Source: Squalus acanthias
Lineage: Eukaryota
Assembly: GCA_030390025.1 (NCBI GenBank)
Contig: CM059432.1
Span: forward strand, 143,284,001-143,348,000
Length of the DNA stretch: 64,000 nt
Direction of reading: 5' to 3'
This document shows positions 26,830-39,295 of this stretch, piece after piece. Below the pieces are notes generated by a model. That model had not been told where the DNA came from and did no database searches. It saw nothing but the letters and a program-made list of their open reading frames with translations. Made by a program: the position numbers and the translations under genes. The number at the start of each line of letters is the position of its first letter. Position 1 is the stretch's first letter.

Positions 26830-28510
26830 TGACGTCTGCCCTTGTTGACAGTAGGCTCCCGAGGTATGGAAAGTGGTCTACGTTGTCTAAGGTCTCGTCA
26901 TGGATTTTGATAATCGGGGGGCAGTACTGTGTGGCGGGGGCAGGTTGGTAGAGGACCTGTGTCTTACGGATGTTTAGTGTAAGGCCCATGCTCTCATACG
27001 CTTCAGTGAAGGTGTTGACGATGGTTTGGAGTTCGATCTCAGAGTGCGCAAATGCAAGCGTCGTCTGCATACTGTAATTCGATGACAGAGGATGGGACGA
27101 CCTTGGATCTGGACTGGAGGCGACGGAGGTTGAACAGTTTCCCGTTTGTTCTGTAAATTAGCTCCACTTCAGCAGGGAGCTTACTCAGGGTGAGATGGAG
27201 CATTGCAGCAAGGAAGATCGAGAAGAGCGTTGGTGCGATGACACAGCCTTGCTTGACCCCGGTCCGTACGTGAATTGGGTCTGTGGTGGATCCGTTGGTC
27301 AGGATCATGGCTTGCATGTCGTCGTGAAGCAGGCGGAGGATGGTGACAAACGTTTGAGGGCAGCCGAATTTGAGGAGGACACTGCATAATCCCTCACGGT
27401 TGACAGTGTCAAAGGCCTTTGTGAGGTCAAAGAGGCCATGTACAGCGGTTGGTGCTGTTCCCTGCATTTCTCTTGTAGTTGACGCGCAGTGAAGATTCTG
27501 TCCATTGTGCCCCTTAGTGGGCAGAATCCACATTGCGACTCTGGGAGGAGCTCTTCAGCCACTGGGAGAAGGCGATTGAGGAGGATTCTTGCGATGACTT
27601 TCCCTGTGGCAGACAGCAGGGAAACTCCTCTGTAATTACCGCAATCGGATTTGTCACCTTTCTTGATGGTCACGATTACGGCATCTCTGAGATCCCCAGG
27701 CATGCTCTCCTCCTTCCAGATAAGAGAAATGAGTTCATGTATTCTTGCCCATAGTACTTCTCCGCCATGTTTTAGCGCCTCGGCGGGGATTCCATCTACT
27801 CCTGAGGCCTTGTTGTTCTTCAGTTGTTGGATGGTCTTTTCAACTTCATGCCGGGCTGGGGTGTGCGGAGGTGGTGGCGGGTAGCATGCTGCGGGATGGA
27901 GTTGAGGACAATTGCGTTGATGATGAAGTCCAACACCGCCTTCAGTGTGCCAGCGCAGCCTTCGGTCACCTGAGGAAGAGAGTGTTTGAAGATCAGGAAT
28001 TCAAACCCAGTACCAAGCTCATGGTCTACAGAGCAGCAGTGATACCTGCCCTCCTGTATGCTTCAGAGATATGGACAATGTACAGCAGGCACCTCAAAGC
28101 ACTGGAGAGGTACCACCAACGCTGCCTCCGCAAGATCCTGCAAATCCATTGGCAGGATAGGCGCACCAACGTCAGTGTTCTCGCTCAGGTCAACATCCCC
28201 AGCATCGAAGCTTTGACCACGCTCGATCAGCACCGATGGATGGGCCACATCGTCCGCATGCCCGCTACGAGACTCCCAAAACAAGCGCTCTACTCGGAGC
28301 TCCGACACGGCAAGAGAGCCCCAGGTGGGCAGAGGAAACGCTTCGAGGACACCCTCAAAGCCTCCTTGAAAAAGTGCAACATTCCCACCGACACCTGGGA
28401 ATCCCTGGCCCAAGACCGTACAAAGTGGAGGAGAAGCATCCGGGAAGGCGCCAAACACCTCGAGTCCCTTCGCCGGGAGCAAGCAGAAGCCAAGCTCAAA
28501 CAGTGGAAAT
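26830..28510 (+). mobile_element. RTE-clade LINE fragment with inverted 5' part (26830-27900 on minus strand)
   Basis: Minus: NYRGVSLLS, DLTKAFD, GVKQGC, YADD, YLGS; plus: VDDEVQHRLQCASAAFG...RWMGHIVRMP...GGQRKRF. Confidence 0.9.
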
Positions 28511-28544
28511 TGTATGAAGGACTTCATTTACTGACCATATCCAC

Positions 28545-30158
28545 CAGCAAGCAAAAGTGTGCACCTCGCTTTGATGAGCCCTCCCTCCAAGCTCTGGTGC
28601 AGGGAGCAAGATCTAATAAGGAGGTGCTCTTCCCTTCCTCAGGGAGAAAAAAGCCACCCCAGCAGACTAAAGCTGTGTGGCTGCAAGTGGCCCAGGAGGT
28701 CAACTCCATATCAATGAGCCGCAGAACCTGGCTGCAATGCAGGAAGAGGTTTCATGACCTTCTCCACACAGGAAAAGTGAGTATGACTTTCCCATCACCC
28801 TCAATCTGATCCCCATCGCCTCTCCTCACCAGCACTCTGCTTTGCCAACCTTTCCTCCACATCCCACTTGACACTTACATCCCTGCACCCTTACCCATTC
28901 CCTCTCTCTCTATGGTCACATTCACTTAACTATTCGACCATGCAGCCCTCACACTCTCTATCACTGTGATGCAATGACAACAACTTACAACACACAGGGA
29001 GGGTCCTTTGTCTCCTTCTAAGCATCTATGCTATGGATTCTCTACACTCACTCCTTCATTCTCACTCAAACTCCACTTGTGTCCCTCATTGCAGGAAAAG
29101 AGAGCCCACAATAAGAGGGAAAGAGCCATGACAGGAGGAGGGCCACCTTCAGTAGCCCAGCTCACCACCTGGGAGGAGGTGGCCCTGGAAATCGCTGGGA
29201 TCGAGGAGGATTCCCAAGTGGGGGATGGACAGACGGGCGCATCACAGCAAGCTGGAGACAGAATAGTTTGGCATCTCTCTCATTGACATTGCATGAGTCA
29301 CTGATAATGAATCTGATGCTCTAATACATTGACTTATGATAATCTGCACTATTCAATGTGCATGTAACCTTGACCTCACATCTCTAACTCTTTCCTTTAC
29401 TCCCCCACAGGACCATCGAAAGCCCCCGTCCCCACTGTCCAGGAGGAAGAGTCTGAGCTTCCAGACTCCTCAAAGGAAGCTGCAACCTCTGAGGGCGCAG
29501 CATCAGCAGAATTCAGCGCACCCAGCACCAGCATAGACACTCACACATCGGTGGGACCTTCGCGAGATAGAGTAGTGTTGGCATCTGGTGTATCACAGCT
29601 CATAAGTGAGCATCAGCAGATGGTGGAGACAGGGTCAGCAGTGGAGAGTCCTCGTCGGAGGGCGCAGGACACTGCCAGCTCGGCTCAGCTGCATGTCGAC
29701 CCTGTGCCTCTGGGTCCATCCAGATGGAGAGTGGTGCTGGAAATCCAGGAACAGGTGCAGGAGTCTCTGGCAGGTTTTGTCTCCAGGGTCGCTGCGAGTG
29801 TGGAGCGAATGGAGGAGTCCATCGCGAACATGAGCAGGGCCTTTGTGGAGGCATTGGCGCATGAACGCATCACCACAGAAAGGATGGCAACCTCCATGGA
29901 AAGGATGGCTAACTCAATGGTAAGGCTGTCTACCATAGAGGAGAGGATGGCTACGGTAGAAGAGAGGATGGCTACGGCCATGGAGGAGCTAAGTCGCCAG
30001 GGTATGGAAAACATGGTAATTGTTCAGAATAGACTGACATCTCTTGAGGAGCGATGGTCAGCTATTAAGCATACAAACCAGACCTTCATGGAAGTCCTCC
30101 CACCCGCCTCGGAGGCCCCCCCGCCCCCAGCCCGCCTCCCTGGAGAAAATTCCCACCA
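28545..30158 (+). mobile_element. Harbinger fragment E: Myb/SANT gene (3 exons) and right terminus
   Basis: APRFDEPSLQALV...WLQCRKRFHDL|gtgagt; EKRAHNKRERAMTGGG exon; MERMA heptads; gaaaattcccacc end. Confidence 0.8.
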
Positions 30159-30769
30159 CGGTATTTTCTTTCAACATTGGACTGAAAAGTGCATATTCTG
30201 TACAAAGCAATTGATAATTCATAGTAAATTAAAGACTACAATCTGATAGCAGGGTTTGTAATAAACTTGTAAACTATTTGAGCTGTCCTTAGTGGTTCAT
30301 TAACATTATCTAAAAGCAATTAACCTGCAACCTTGTAACTCAGTCCCAGATGAAATTATTGAAGAAATGAAAATGTGCAGAACTGCATCAGAACTGAACT
30401 AAACCGCTGCCATAGCAACATTTGTTCAGCCAACTCAAACCCAGTTGTGTTAACCCTCTGTGGTCTGTTAATCCTGATCCCGCTGGAAGTTACAATGTGG
30501 CGATGATAACAGCCGGGAACTCCCCCCGAAGGTTCTCCCGGTTCGCTGCTGTGACTTCACCGGTACCCCGCTCATGCGCATCAACGGGATTCCCGCCAAC
30601 GTTACGGTGGTAAAGCGGGAGAAGTCCCGAGGAAATTCACCCCCCCCGGTGTTTCCATCTATTTTTTCTATAATTTGGCATTTGATTGGATTGTAAAAAG
30701 TACAACTGTAGCTTAAGAGAATTTAGCGCTTTAAAAGTTAGATTACTGTACATAGGCCAACACACCCGG

Positions 30770-31100
30770 AGCCAGTGCTGAGGGAGTGCTGCACTGTCAG
30801 ATGTGCCGTCTTTTGGATGAGACGTTAAACCGAGGCCCCGTCTCCCCTCGCAGGTGGATGTTAAAGATCCCATTGCCTTATTCGAAGATAAATATTAGCC
30901 AGGTGTCCTGGCCAATAGTTACCCCTCAACCAACATTACTAAAACAGATTATCAGAAGTTCGTTACTGTTTGTGGGAGCTTGCTGTGTGCAAATTGGCTG
31001 CTGTATTTCCTACATTACAACAGCGACCATACTTCAAAAGTACTTCATTGGCTGTAAAGTACTCTGGGACATCCTGAGGTTGTGAAAGGCGCTCTATAAA
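30770..31100 (+). mobile_element. DeuSINE (SacSINE1-like) fragment
   Basis: Deu-domain-like gtgccgtcttttggatgagacgttaaaccgaggccc. Confidence 0.8.
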
Positions 31101-34100
31101 TCATAGAATCATTGAAGTTTATGGCACAGAAGGAGGCCATTCAGCTCACCATGTCTGTGCTGGCCAAAAAAGAGCTATAGAGCCGAATCACACTTTCTCG
31201 CTCTTGGTCCGTAGCCTTGTAGGTTACAGCACTTCAAGTGCATATCCAAGTACTTTTTAAATGCGATGAGGGTTTCTGCCTCTACTGCCCTTTCATGCAG
31301 TGAGTCCCAGACCCCCAACACCCTATGGGTGAAGAGATTTCTCCTCAACTCCCCTCTAATCCTTCTACCAATTATTTTAAATCTATGCCCCCTGGTTATT
31401 GACCTCTTTGTTAAGGGAAATAGGTCCTGCCTATCCACTCTATCTAGGCCCCACATAATTTTATACACCTCAATCAAGTCTCCCCTCAGCCTCCTCTGCT
31501 CCAAAGAAAATAACCCCAGCCTATCCAACCTTTCCTCCTAGCTAAAATTTTCCAGTCCTGGCAATATCCTCGTAAATCTCCTCTGTACCCTCTCTAGTGC
31601 AATCACATCTTTCCTGTAATGTGGTGACCAGAACTTTACTGTATGCGGTACTCTAGCTGTGGCTTATAAAGTTCTAGCATAACTTCCCATCTCTTATATT
31701 CTATGCCTCAGCTAATAAAGGGAAGTATCCCGTATGCCTTCTTCACCACCTTATAAGAACATAAGAATTAGGAGCAGGAGTAGGCCATATGGCCCCCCGA
31801 GCCTGTTCCGCCATTCAATAAGATCATGGCTGATCTTCAACCTCAACTCCACTTTCACGCCCGATCTCCGTATCCCTTGATTCTCCTCGAGTCCAAAATC
31901 TATCTATCCCAGCCTTGAATATACTCAACGATTCACCATCCACAGCCCTTTGGGGTAAAGAATTCCAAAGATTCATAACGCTCTGAGTGAAGGAATTCCT
32001 CCTCATCTCAGTCTTAAATGGCCGACCCCTTGGCCTGAGACTATGTCCCCTAGTTCTAGACACTCCAGCCAGGGGAAACAACCTCTCAGAATCTACCCTG
32101 TACAGGAACAAGGATGTCTTGCTGCAGTTGTACAGGGCCTTGCTGAGACCACACCTTGAGTATTGTGTGCAATTTTGGTCGCCTTATCTGAGGAAGGATG
32201 TTCTTGCCATGGAGGGAGTGCAGCGAAGATTCACCAGACTGATACCTGGGATGGCAGGAATGACGTATGAGGAGAGATTGGGTCGATTAGGCTTATATTC
32301 GCTAGAGTTTAGAAGAATGAGAGGGGATCTCTTTGAAACTTATAAAACTCTAACAGGACTAGACAGACTAGATGCAGGAAGGATGTTCCCGATGGCAGGG
32401 GAGTCCAGAACCAGGGGTCACAGCCAGATAAGGGTTAAGCCATTTAGGACTGAGATGAGGAGGAATTTCTTTACCCAGAGAGTGGTGATCCTGTGGAATT
32501 CTCTACCACAGAAGGCAGTTGAGGCCAATTCATTAAATATATTCAAGAAGGAGTTAGATATATTTCTTAAGGCTAAAGGGATCAAGGGATATGGGGAGAA
32601 AGCAGGGACAGGGTACTGAATTTGGATGATCAGCCATGATCTCATTAAATGGCGGAACAGGCTCGAGGGGCCGAATGGCCTACTCCTGCTCCTATCTTCT
32701 ATGTTTCTATGGGGGAGAAATTCAGTATCGCCCCATTTGGGGCGCAATTATCGGCCGGGCGCAAAGATTAGCGCCTGGCGCTAATTATCGCCACCGACTG
32801 CAAACTTGACTTTTATCGCCCCTGGAGGGTGATTGGAGTGCTAAATCAGGCGCTTCACACCTGTCTTAAGGCGCAAAGGCCGAGGAGTGAGGCGCTACCT
32901 CAGAGCGCTGGCGAAGCTCATGTAATGTCAGTCAGCAATGGAACACACACACAATGGCACGGGCCAGTTCTTAAAGGGGAGGGTTGATCTTGCTTTCCAT
33001 CCACATCCTGCTCATTGCAGCCTTGAATCTCGGCCTGGAGAGACCTGCACATCAAATCTGCTGGAAAGAACAATGGAGAGTACCAGGGAAAGAGCTCAGA
33101 GTGCAGCCCCCACAGTCTCTTCTAAATCGATACAAGGAAGGGCAAATCAAAATGAACCTGCAAAGTGCTGCTCAGTACCCAAAACTCCTTCACACAGCGT
33201 TGAATCTCTCCAGAAGTCTCTGTCTCTCTCTCTCTCTCAGAAAGCGTGGTTCAAAAATGTCACCAACAATAAAAGGCAGGAAGCGGTCGCCTTTAAATAG
33301 CGCTCCCCCAGTCCCTTCCTGACTGCAAAACGCTCCCCTCAACCTGTCGTTGCTAGTGTCAGGCAGTAAGGCAGGGGGCACCACTCAATATCCGGTCCGG
33401 GGCGATACCGGGGTGTTGCGCACTCGACTGACGTAACGATCTGCTGGCGCAGGAGATCGTGGCGGTAGTGTTTAGCGCCGCCGCAAAATGTCTAGTTAAT
33501 TTCACGAGCGGCGCAAGCATCGCCGCGCCCGGGTGCTAGTTGCTTTGCGCCCCATTAGCGTCCTCTTAAGGCGCTAATGGGAGGCGCAACCAACTGAATT
33601 TTTCCCCCTATGTTTCTATGTCAATCCCCCTCAGAATCTTACATGTTTCAATTAGATCACCTTTCATTCTTCTAAACTCTAGAGAGTATAGACCCAAACT
33701 ACTCAATCTCTCCTCATAGGACAGCCCTCTCATCCCAGGAATCAATTCTAGTGAACCTTCGTTGCATCGCCTCCGAGGCAAGTATATCCTGCCTCAGATA
33801 AGGAGACCAGAACTGTGCACAGTACTCCAGGTGTGGTCTCACCAAAACCCTGTATAATTGTAGTAAGACTTCCTTACTCTTGTACTCCAACCCCCTTGCA
33901 ATAAAGGCTAACTTGCATTTGCCTTCCTAATTGCTTGCTGTACCTGCATGCTAACTCTCTGTATTTCCTGTACGAGGACACCTAAATCTCTCTGAACACC
34001 AACATTTAATAGTTTCTCACCATTTAAAAAAATATTCTGTTTTTCTGTTCTTCCTACCAAAGTGAATAACCTCACACTTCCTACATTATACTCCATTTGT

Positions 34101-34412
34101 CACCTTATTTCCCACTCACTGGTTCCCCTTTACCTACCCTGCTAGTTACATCCTCAAAAAACTCTAATAAATTTGTTAAACATGATTTCCCTTTCATAAA
34201 ACCAGGTTGACTCTGCCTAATCATATTATGATTTTCTAAATGCCCTGTTACCACTTCCTTAATAATGGATTCCAGGACATTCCTGACAACTGATGCCAGG
34301 TTAACTGGCCAGAAGTTCCCTGTTTTCCTGAAAATGACCCGTTTATCCCTACTCTGTTTTCTGTCCGTTACCCAATCCTCTATCCGTGCTAATATATTAC
34401 CTCCAAACCCAT
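31101..34412. mobile_element. Cluster of nested CR1 fragments in both orientations
   Basis: RT C-terminal motifs LGLFSLEQRRLRGD and RPHLEYCVQFW; the last piece resumes at 45124. Confidence 0.85.
32711..33608. mobile_element. Harbinger MITE, 898 bp, internal-deletion derivative of the B/C family
   Basis: TIRs gggggagaaatt / aatttttccccc; TSD tat; both halves align by eye to the B/C termini. Confidence 0.9.
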
Positions 34413-36017
34413 GGGCCAGAATTTTGCCGGCGCTCAGAGGGCGGGTTCGGAGCGGGTCCGCTGTCAAAATCTGAGAGATTGACAGCGGGTCGGGATCCTG
34501 CTCTGAACCCGCCTCCGTGTCAGTTTCCCAATTGCGGGGTCTGCCTGCGCTTTGCAGACCCGGCACTAAGCGGTGGGTCAGCCAATTGAGTAGTTAAGAG
34601 GGTCTTTAAAGGTAGTTGAACAGTATTTTACCACCTTCTAGCCATTTTTCCAACTTTTCCATGAGGTTCCCGTTGCTCGAGGATTACGTCAGGTAAGTGT
34701 GTCTGGTTCTCTATGACTCTCCATTGCTGTGAATAGGTGACAGCTGCAAAACTGGTATAAAAGCTACCATTACACAGCTGTTCACTTTCCAGTGTCAGAA
34801 GCTTGAGCCTTCAGGATTTGGAAGACACTTTTGAGCTGTATGCAGTTTGGAAGTGTTTGGAGTAAACTCTCTATCCACTGTCACCTCCTTGGAGCAAGCT
34901 CTCTCATCATTGACAGATCACTTCTGTCATCTCAACTGTAGCTGCCACCTATTCCAGCAGCATCGGTGCCCTTCAAAAATCTCACCTTGCTCCTCTGAAT
35001 CCCTCCACGATCAGCCCCAGCACCAACATCACCAGGCACACCAACATCACCAACAACAACACCAACCTTCTCTGCAATCAACTGATGCTGCACAGGAAAC
35101 AGGGCATCAGCACCCTGACCACATTGCTACCCGGCATACCAGCGATGGTCTCACCATGGCCAGATTTACTTCACTTGACGCTGTACACCCTGGCTGCCAC
35201 ATGATGCACCAGGTTAACACCACCCCACACCAACACCATAAAGCATTCCTACAATATCCAAACCATTCCTTTCACACTCATCACCACTGCGAGGGGTACC
35301 GTTATGTCTCACCATTCACTGCAACTCACGAAGCCACTTCCAAAGGTGCACACAAATCTGTCCAAGAACGCAAAGTGTTCAAAATAAAGATTTCAATGTT
35401 TGACAGCACATTAACAGAAACTTCACATGAAACATTGGCTAAAAAACCCAAGTGCCTACCCTTGTGTTGTTAGTTGGTATGATTGCACGAGAATGAGGGT
35501 GAGTGTGAGGGGTAGCTAGTGAGATGGGGAAGTGATAATGTAGATAGAGAGGGATGGGTGGAGGTGCAAGGTAAGTTGGTGTGAGTAAGGATGTGCAGGA
35601 GTAGGGTAGAGAAGGCAGAGTGATGGGGATGTGATGAGTGGCACAGCAGGATGAGGTTGAGTGTGGCTTGGCAGTAACGTATCATGATCTACTGAGATCA
35701 TTGAAATGTTTGTGCCACTGCAGCCTGGTCTTCCTGACGACATCCCTGTTTGTGTCCTCCTGTGCAATGTGCAACCAGGCTGCGTTGGTCTCCTGGGGAG
35801 GTCTCTTCCGCCCATTGGAAGGGAAGAGAACCTCCCTGCGTGCTGTGACTCCCTCCATAAGCATATGGAGGGAGTCATGGGAGAGCCTGGGTGCAGCCTG
35901 CACCTCTGTGCAGTGATTGTCAGTGTTTGCAGCACCTCAATGCTGTAGAACACTGACAGCACAACTGTCAAAATTAATGTGGTCATGGTCCCTTTAAGGA
36001 AACCAGCTGATGACGCG

Positions 36018-37479
36018 TGTAGAATTCGCAATTATCGCGATTTCATTTTAATAAGGAGAAAACACAAGTTTCGTTCAAAACAGCTTTTATTTCAACGGAA
36101 TGCTGTCAGGTTTAAATTGGACACAAGCAGCCTGTAAAATGGCCGCCGCACCGCGTGACAGAACATTCGAGACTTTTCGGCAGGCAGACAAGATGGCGTT
36201 CCAATAAACATTTTTTTGCAGGATCGATAACGATTCAGCACAGTGAAGACAATACACAGGACATTATGGGTTTACAGTATAAACATCGATACTGGAATCG
36301 GTCTCCCAGGTACAAAGGAAAGCCATCAAGGGCCCATCCAAAGGACATTAATATGTAAACTCCCAACGGCTCTACGATGAGAGAGCCGTTAGCAGGTAGT
36401 TATACAGGACACTTGGAAGCCCCAAACCCCTCCAGGGGGAACACCGACCGATTTGACAATAGGAGAAATATTAACAGGTACTCAAACATTCAGGAGTAGC
36501 CCCGAAACCCATTAAGGACAGAGATCACCCATACAGGACATTTTTGGGCGCCAAACCTTAAACAAAAGAATGGACATTGTAGTTGGGCGGGAAACGGAAG
36601 AACTGTGCACTATAATTGCAGGCCCAAACCGTCCATTCGCTCTCTTGCCTCGTGTTCGTGACTCTTGCCGCTTGCTGCTGTTATCATCGTGGCTGCTCCT
36701 GTGTTTTATCCGGTCGATTCGTAACCTCGTGGCTGCTCCTGGGTAAAAGACTGTTGCAAAGACCTATGTTGGTAGCTGGCAGCGGAACCAAAGGCCCGAG
36801 ATGAGATGAGATGAGATGAGATGAGAGGAGATGAGAGGAGAAGAGAAGAAGACCTTATCCATCGCCACGAGGTCTTCACTACAGCGGGCGGTCCAGCCGA
36901 CTGACCGAGCAGCAGAAGCAGTAAACAAGTGGGACCAGGAGATCTCCTGACCAACACGTGGGTGCTGCGGTGAAAAACATCCGATCAGCTATTCGGGTTT
37001 TCTCCGAGTTATTACGAGTGGTGAGCATGAGTCTCGGGATCCTACGAAGCTAGTTTTAGGATAGTTATTGATAGGGGAGGGTTTAAAGTTTAAGGATATT
37101 TGTAATGTGTGCCCTATTTACGTTGTGCTGGTCGTTCCTCGTTTCCCTAAGAGTGATTATAACTGTTTGTAAGATTGTACTGTCATTAATCTGTGCATAT
37201 GACATGTATTTCATAATTTTAAGTATCATGCAATAAAGATTTTCCATTTCGTACCGTTCAAACCAAGTCTACATGAGTTTTATCTCCATTACTGCTCTCG
37301 CATCTAAGTCCAGTGTCTAGAACCGTAAGGGAGAGTGATTCGAACCACTCACAGGGGTGTCTAGTGTTCCCAGACTGGCTGGAGACCAGGCCTAGACCCG
37401 CACTGACATACAGGCTGCACAGAGCCGCGTGAACCTCACAGGCCACGAGACACGCAGGGTCAGGAGAGTATCCCTTACA
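36018..37479 (+). repeat. 5' LTR
   Basis: Direct repeat of 43476-44937 (offset 7458); tgta...taca ends; TATAAT at 36611; AATAAA at 37232; (GAGAT)n at ~36798-36840. Confidence 0.97.
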
Positions 37480-37483
37480 GAAA

Positions 37484-39295
37484 ATGGCGACCGCGGCAGG
37501 ACACTGGCAGCGAGAGGGTAGTGTGTTAGATTTTGGAATGACTGTACGAAATGTGATGCAGGAAAAGATAGCGGATTACGTATTTGGAAAGGTTAATCTA
37601 ACGAAAAAGTGGATAAGCGAATTGTTAGCGGATAAGAGCCCACTAGAGGCAGCTGAAAGGTGGACGGATAGTAAGGAGCATAAAAAGGCAGTTGAGAAAG
37701 CAGTCTGGCTTATGTGCTACAAAAGGCAGGTTCAGATTTCAAACCAGACCAATACAGCGCTAACCGCTCGAATCAAGCATCTAGAGGAGGAAATGGAGGA
37801 GAAGGTTTCTGGAGGGGAGGCGCTCATTAAGAGTTTAAATGAGTTACGCCAGGAAAGCCAGGAAGTCTCCAGCTACCTTAAAACAAGGGTAGAGTATCTC
37901 GAGTGCCAGATCACTGAAGCAAAATTAAACGAGAGTAGGATGAAGGAAAGATGTAACCGTCAAGCTGCCCAGATAAGAACTCAAGAAGAGAGCTTAATGG
38001 GGGTTAGGTCGGCGTATAAGTTGGCCCTTGAGGATAAGTTTCAGGGAGCCGACCATAGCGCCTGCGAAAAAGAGATAGAGAGCCTCAAAAAGGCCGTGAA
38101 TAATGCGAACGGCATGGTGTGCCTTATTAATCCGTCGGCACGCCAGCCGCTAGTAAATGAGAGATTTAGAAATTCCCCACCAAGTAAAGCAGAAGAGGTA
38201 GTAGCCACTGCGCCCTCCGCGCCACCCAGCTATTCAGAAACCTGGGTTAGGGAGGAAGCAACGGAAGAAACAAAAGAGCCCGTTGAAAAGGAAGTAGAAA
38301 AGGGATCGTTGTATCCAGTAACGGGGATTAAAAGGGGCCCAAGCAGAAACGGTGGGGAAGAACCGGGGGATCTCCTCGGACAGCTGGTGTTGCCTCACAG
38401 TTCACATCAGCTGAGGGCTATGATAAACCACGTAAGGAAGCTGACCGAGATAGACGACCCTTCCGTACATTTTAGGGAAGTTGAGCAAGCCGCAGCCATC
38501 AACGGCTGCGATGATGGGGAGACAGCAAAAATGCTGCTGTTCTCTTTAGATAGCTCGGTCCTTCAGTGTCTCTCAGGCGATAGCAAGAGGGGTAATAAAA
38601 GTTATGAGGAATTGAAAAATGAGGTCCTAGAAGTAGTGGGAGCGAACGACGGAGGTCCGTTTGCTAGAGTGGGACAGACAGTGCAGATGGAGGGAGAACC
38701 CCCGAAGGTTTTTGCCGACAGGCTGTGGCCAGTATATGAGCGCAGCTGTCTAGGTGCGCCCGAGCGCGAAGATGTGGAAGGCGCCGCTTTAATTCATTGG
38801 CTTAGGTGCATAATCGCCAACAGTTTACCAGCCGTTAGAGAGCAGGCAAAAGCCTGGTTCGATCCCAATGACCTCAACCTTACGGAAGAGTCGGTCTTGA
38901 ATCGACTCACGTTAGGTTACCGTAACATAAGGGGTATGGCAACACGTCCCTTTAAGGGAAGAGTACATGAGGTACGACCCGCAGCCCCGGCTCAAAGAGA
39001 GTGGCATCAGGAGGGTAATCGCGCCCCACAGGCAAGTAATGCCTGTTACGGGTGTGGGAAGACAGGGCACTGGCGCAAGCACTGCAGGAACCCTTGGAAG
39101 GATTCCAAGGATAAAAATCCCGCGGTCCGAACCCAGGCGCCTGTCCCGGCTAAGGAAGCAAAGGCACCCACCTCTCCCGAAGACCTCGAGGCAGTGTTAG
39201 GAGTCATGCGCAAGATGGTTTTGAATGCGCGTGGACAGGTGGCGGTCGCAACCGGCCCCGTAGGTGCCGCAGGACCGTCTAATAGTACCCAATGA
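37484..39295 (+). CDS. gag: Gag polyprotein, 603 aa
   Basis: N-terminal coiled coil, PSAPPSY late domain, helical capsid-like region, CX2CX4HX4C knuckle at 39044-39085. Confidence 0.9.
   Translation: MATAAGHWQREGSVLDFGMTVRNVMQEKIADYVFGKVNLTKKWISELLADKSPLEAAERWTDSKEHKKAVEKAVWLMCYKRQVQISNQTNTALTARIKHLEEEMEEKVSGGEALIKSLNELRQESQEVSSYLKTRVEYLECQITEAKLNESRMKERCNRQAAQIRTQEESLMGVRSAYKLALEDKFQGADHSACEKEIESLKKAVNNANGMVCLINPSARQPLVNERFRNSPPSKAEEVVATAPSAPPSYSETWVREEATEETKEPVEKEVEKGSLYPVTGIKRGPSRNGGEEPGDLLGQLVLPHSSHQLRAMINHVRKLTEIDDPSVHFREVEQAAAINGCDDGETAKMLLFSLDSSVLQCLSGDSKRGNKSYEELKNEVLEVVGANDGGPFARVGQTVQMEGEPPKVFADRLWPVYERSCLGAPEREDVEGAALIHWLRCIIANSLPAVREQAKAWFDPNDLNLTEESVLNRLTLGYRNIRGMATRPFKGRVHEVRPAAPAQREWHQEGNRAPQASNACYGCGKTGHWRKHCRNPWKDSKDKNPAVRTQAPVPAKEAKAPTSPEDLEAVLGVMRKMVLNARGQVAVATGPVGAAGPSNSTQ
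37485..37502 (+). promoter_or_regulatory. Primer binding site, tRNA-Arg(TCG)-type
   Basis: TGGCGACCGCGGCAGGAC, complementary to the 3' end of vertebrate tRNA-Arg(TCG) as recalled; 5 nt after the LTR. Confidence 0.85.

Noticed and set aside
36155..37446. Small ORFs inside the LTR as accessory genes
   Set aside because: Short, mostly non-ATG starts, no motifs; duplicated only because the LTRs are
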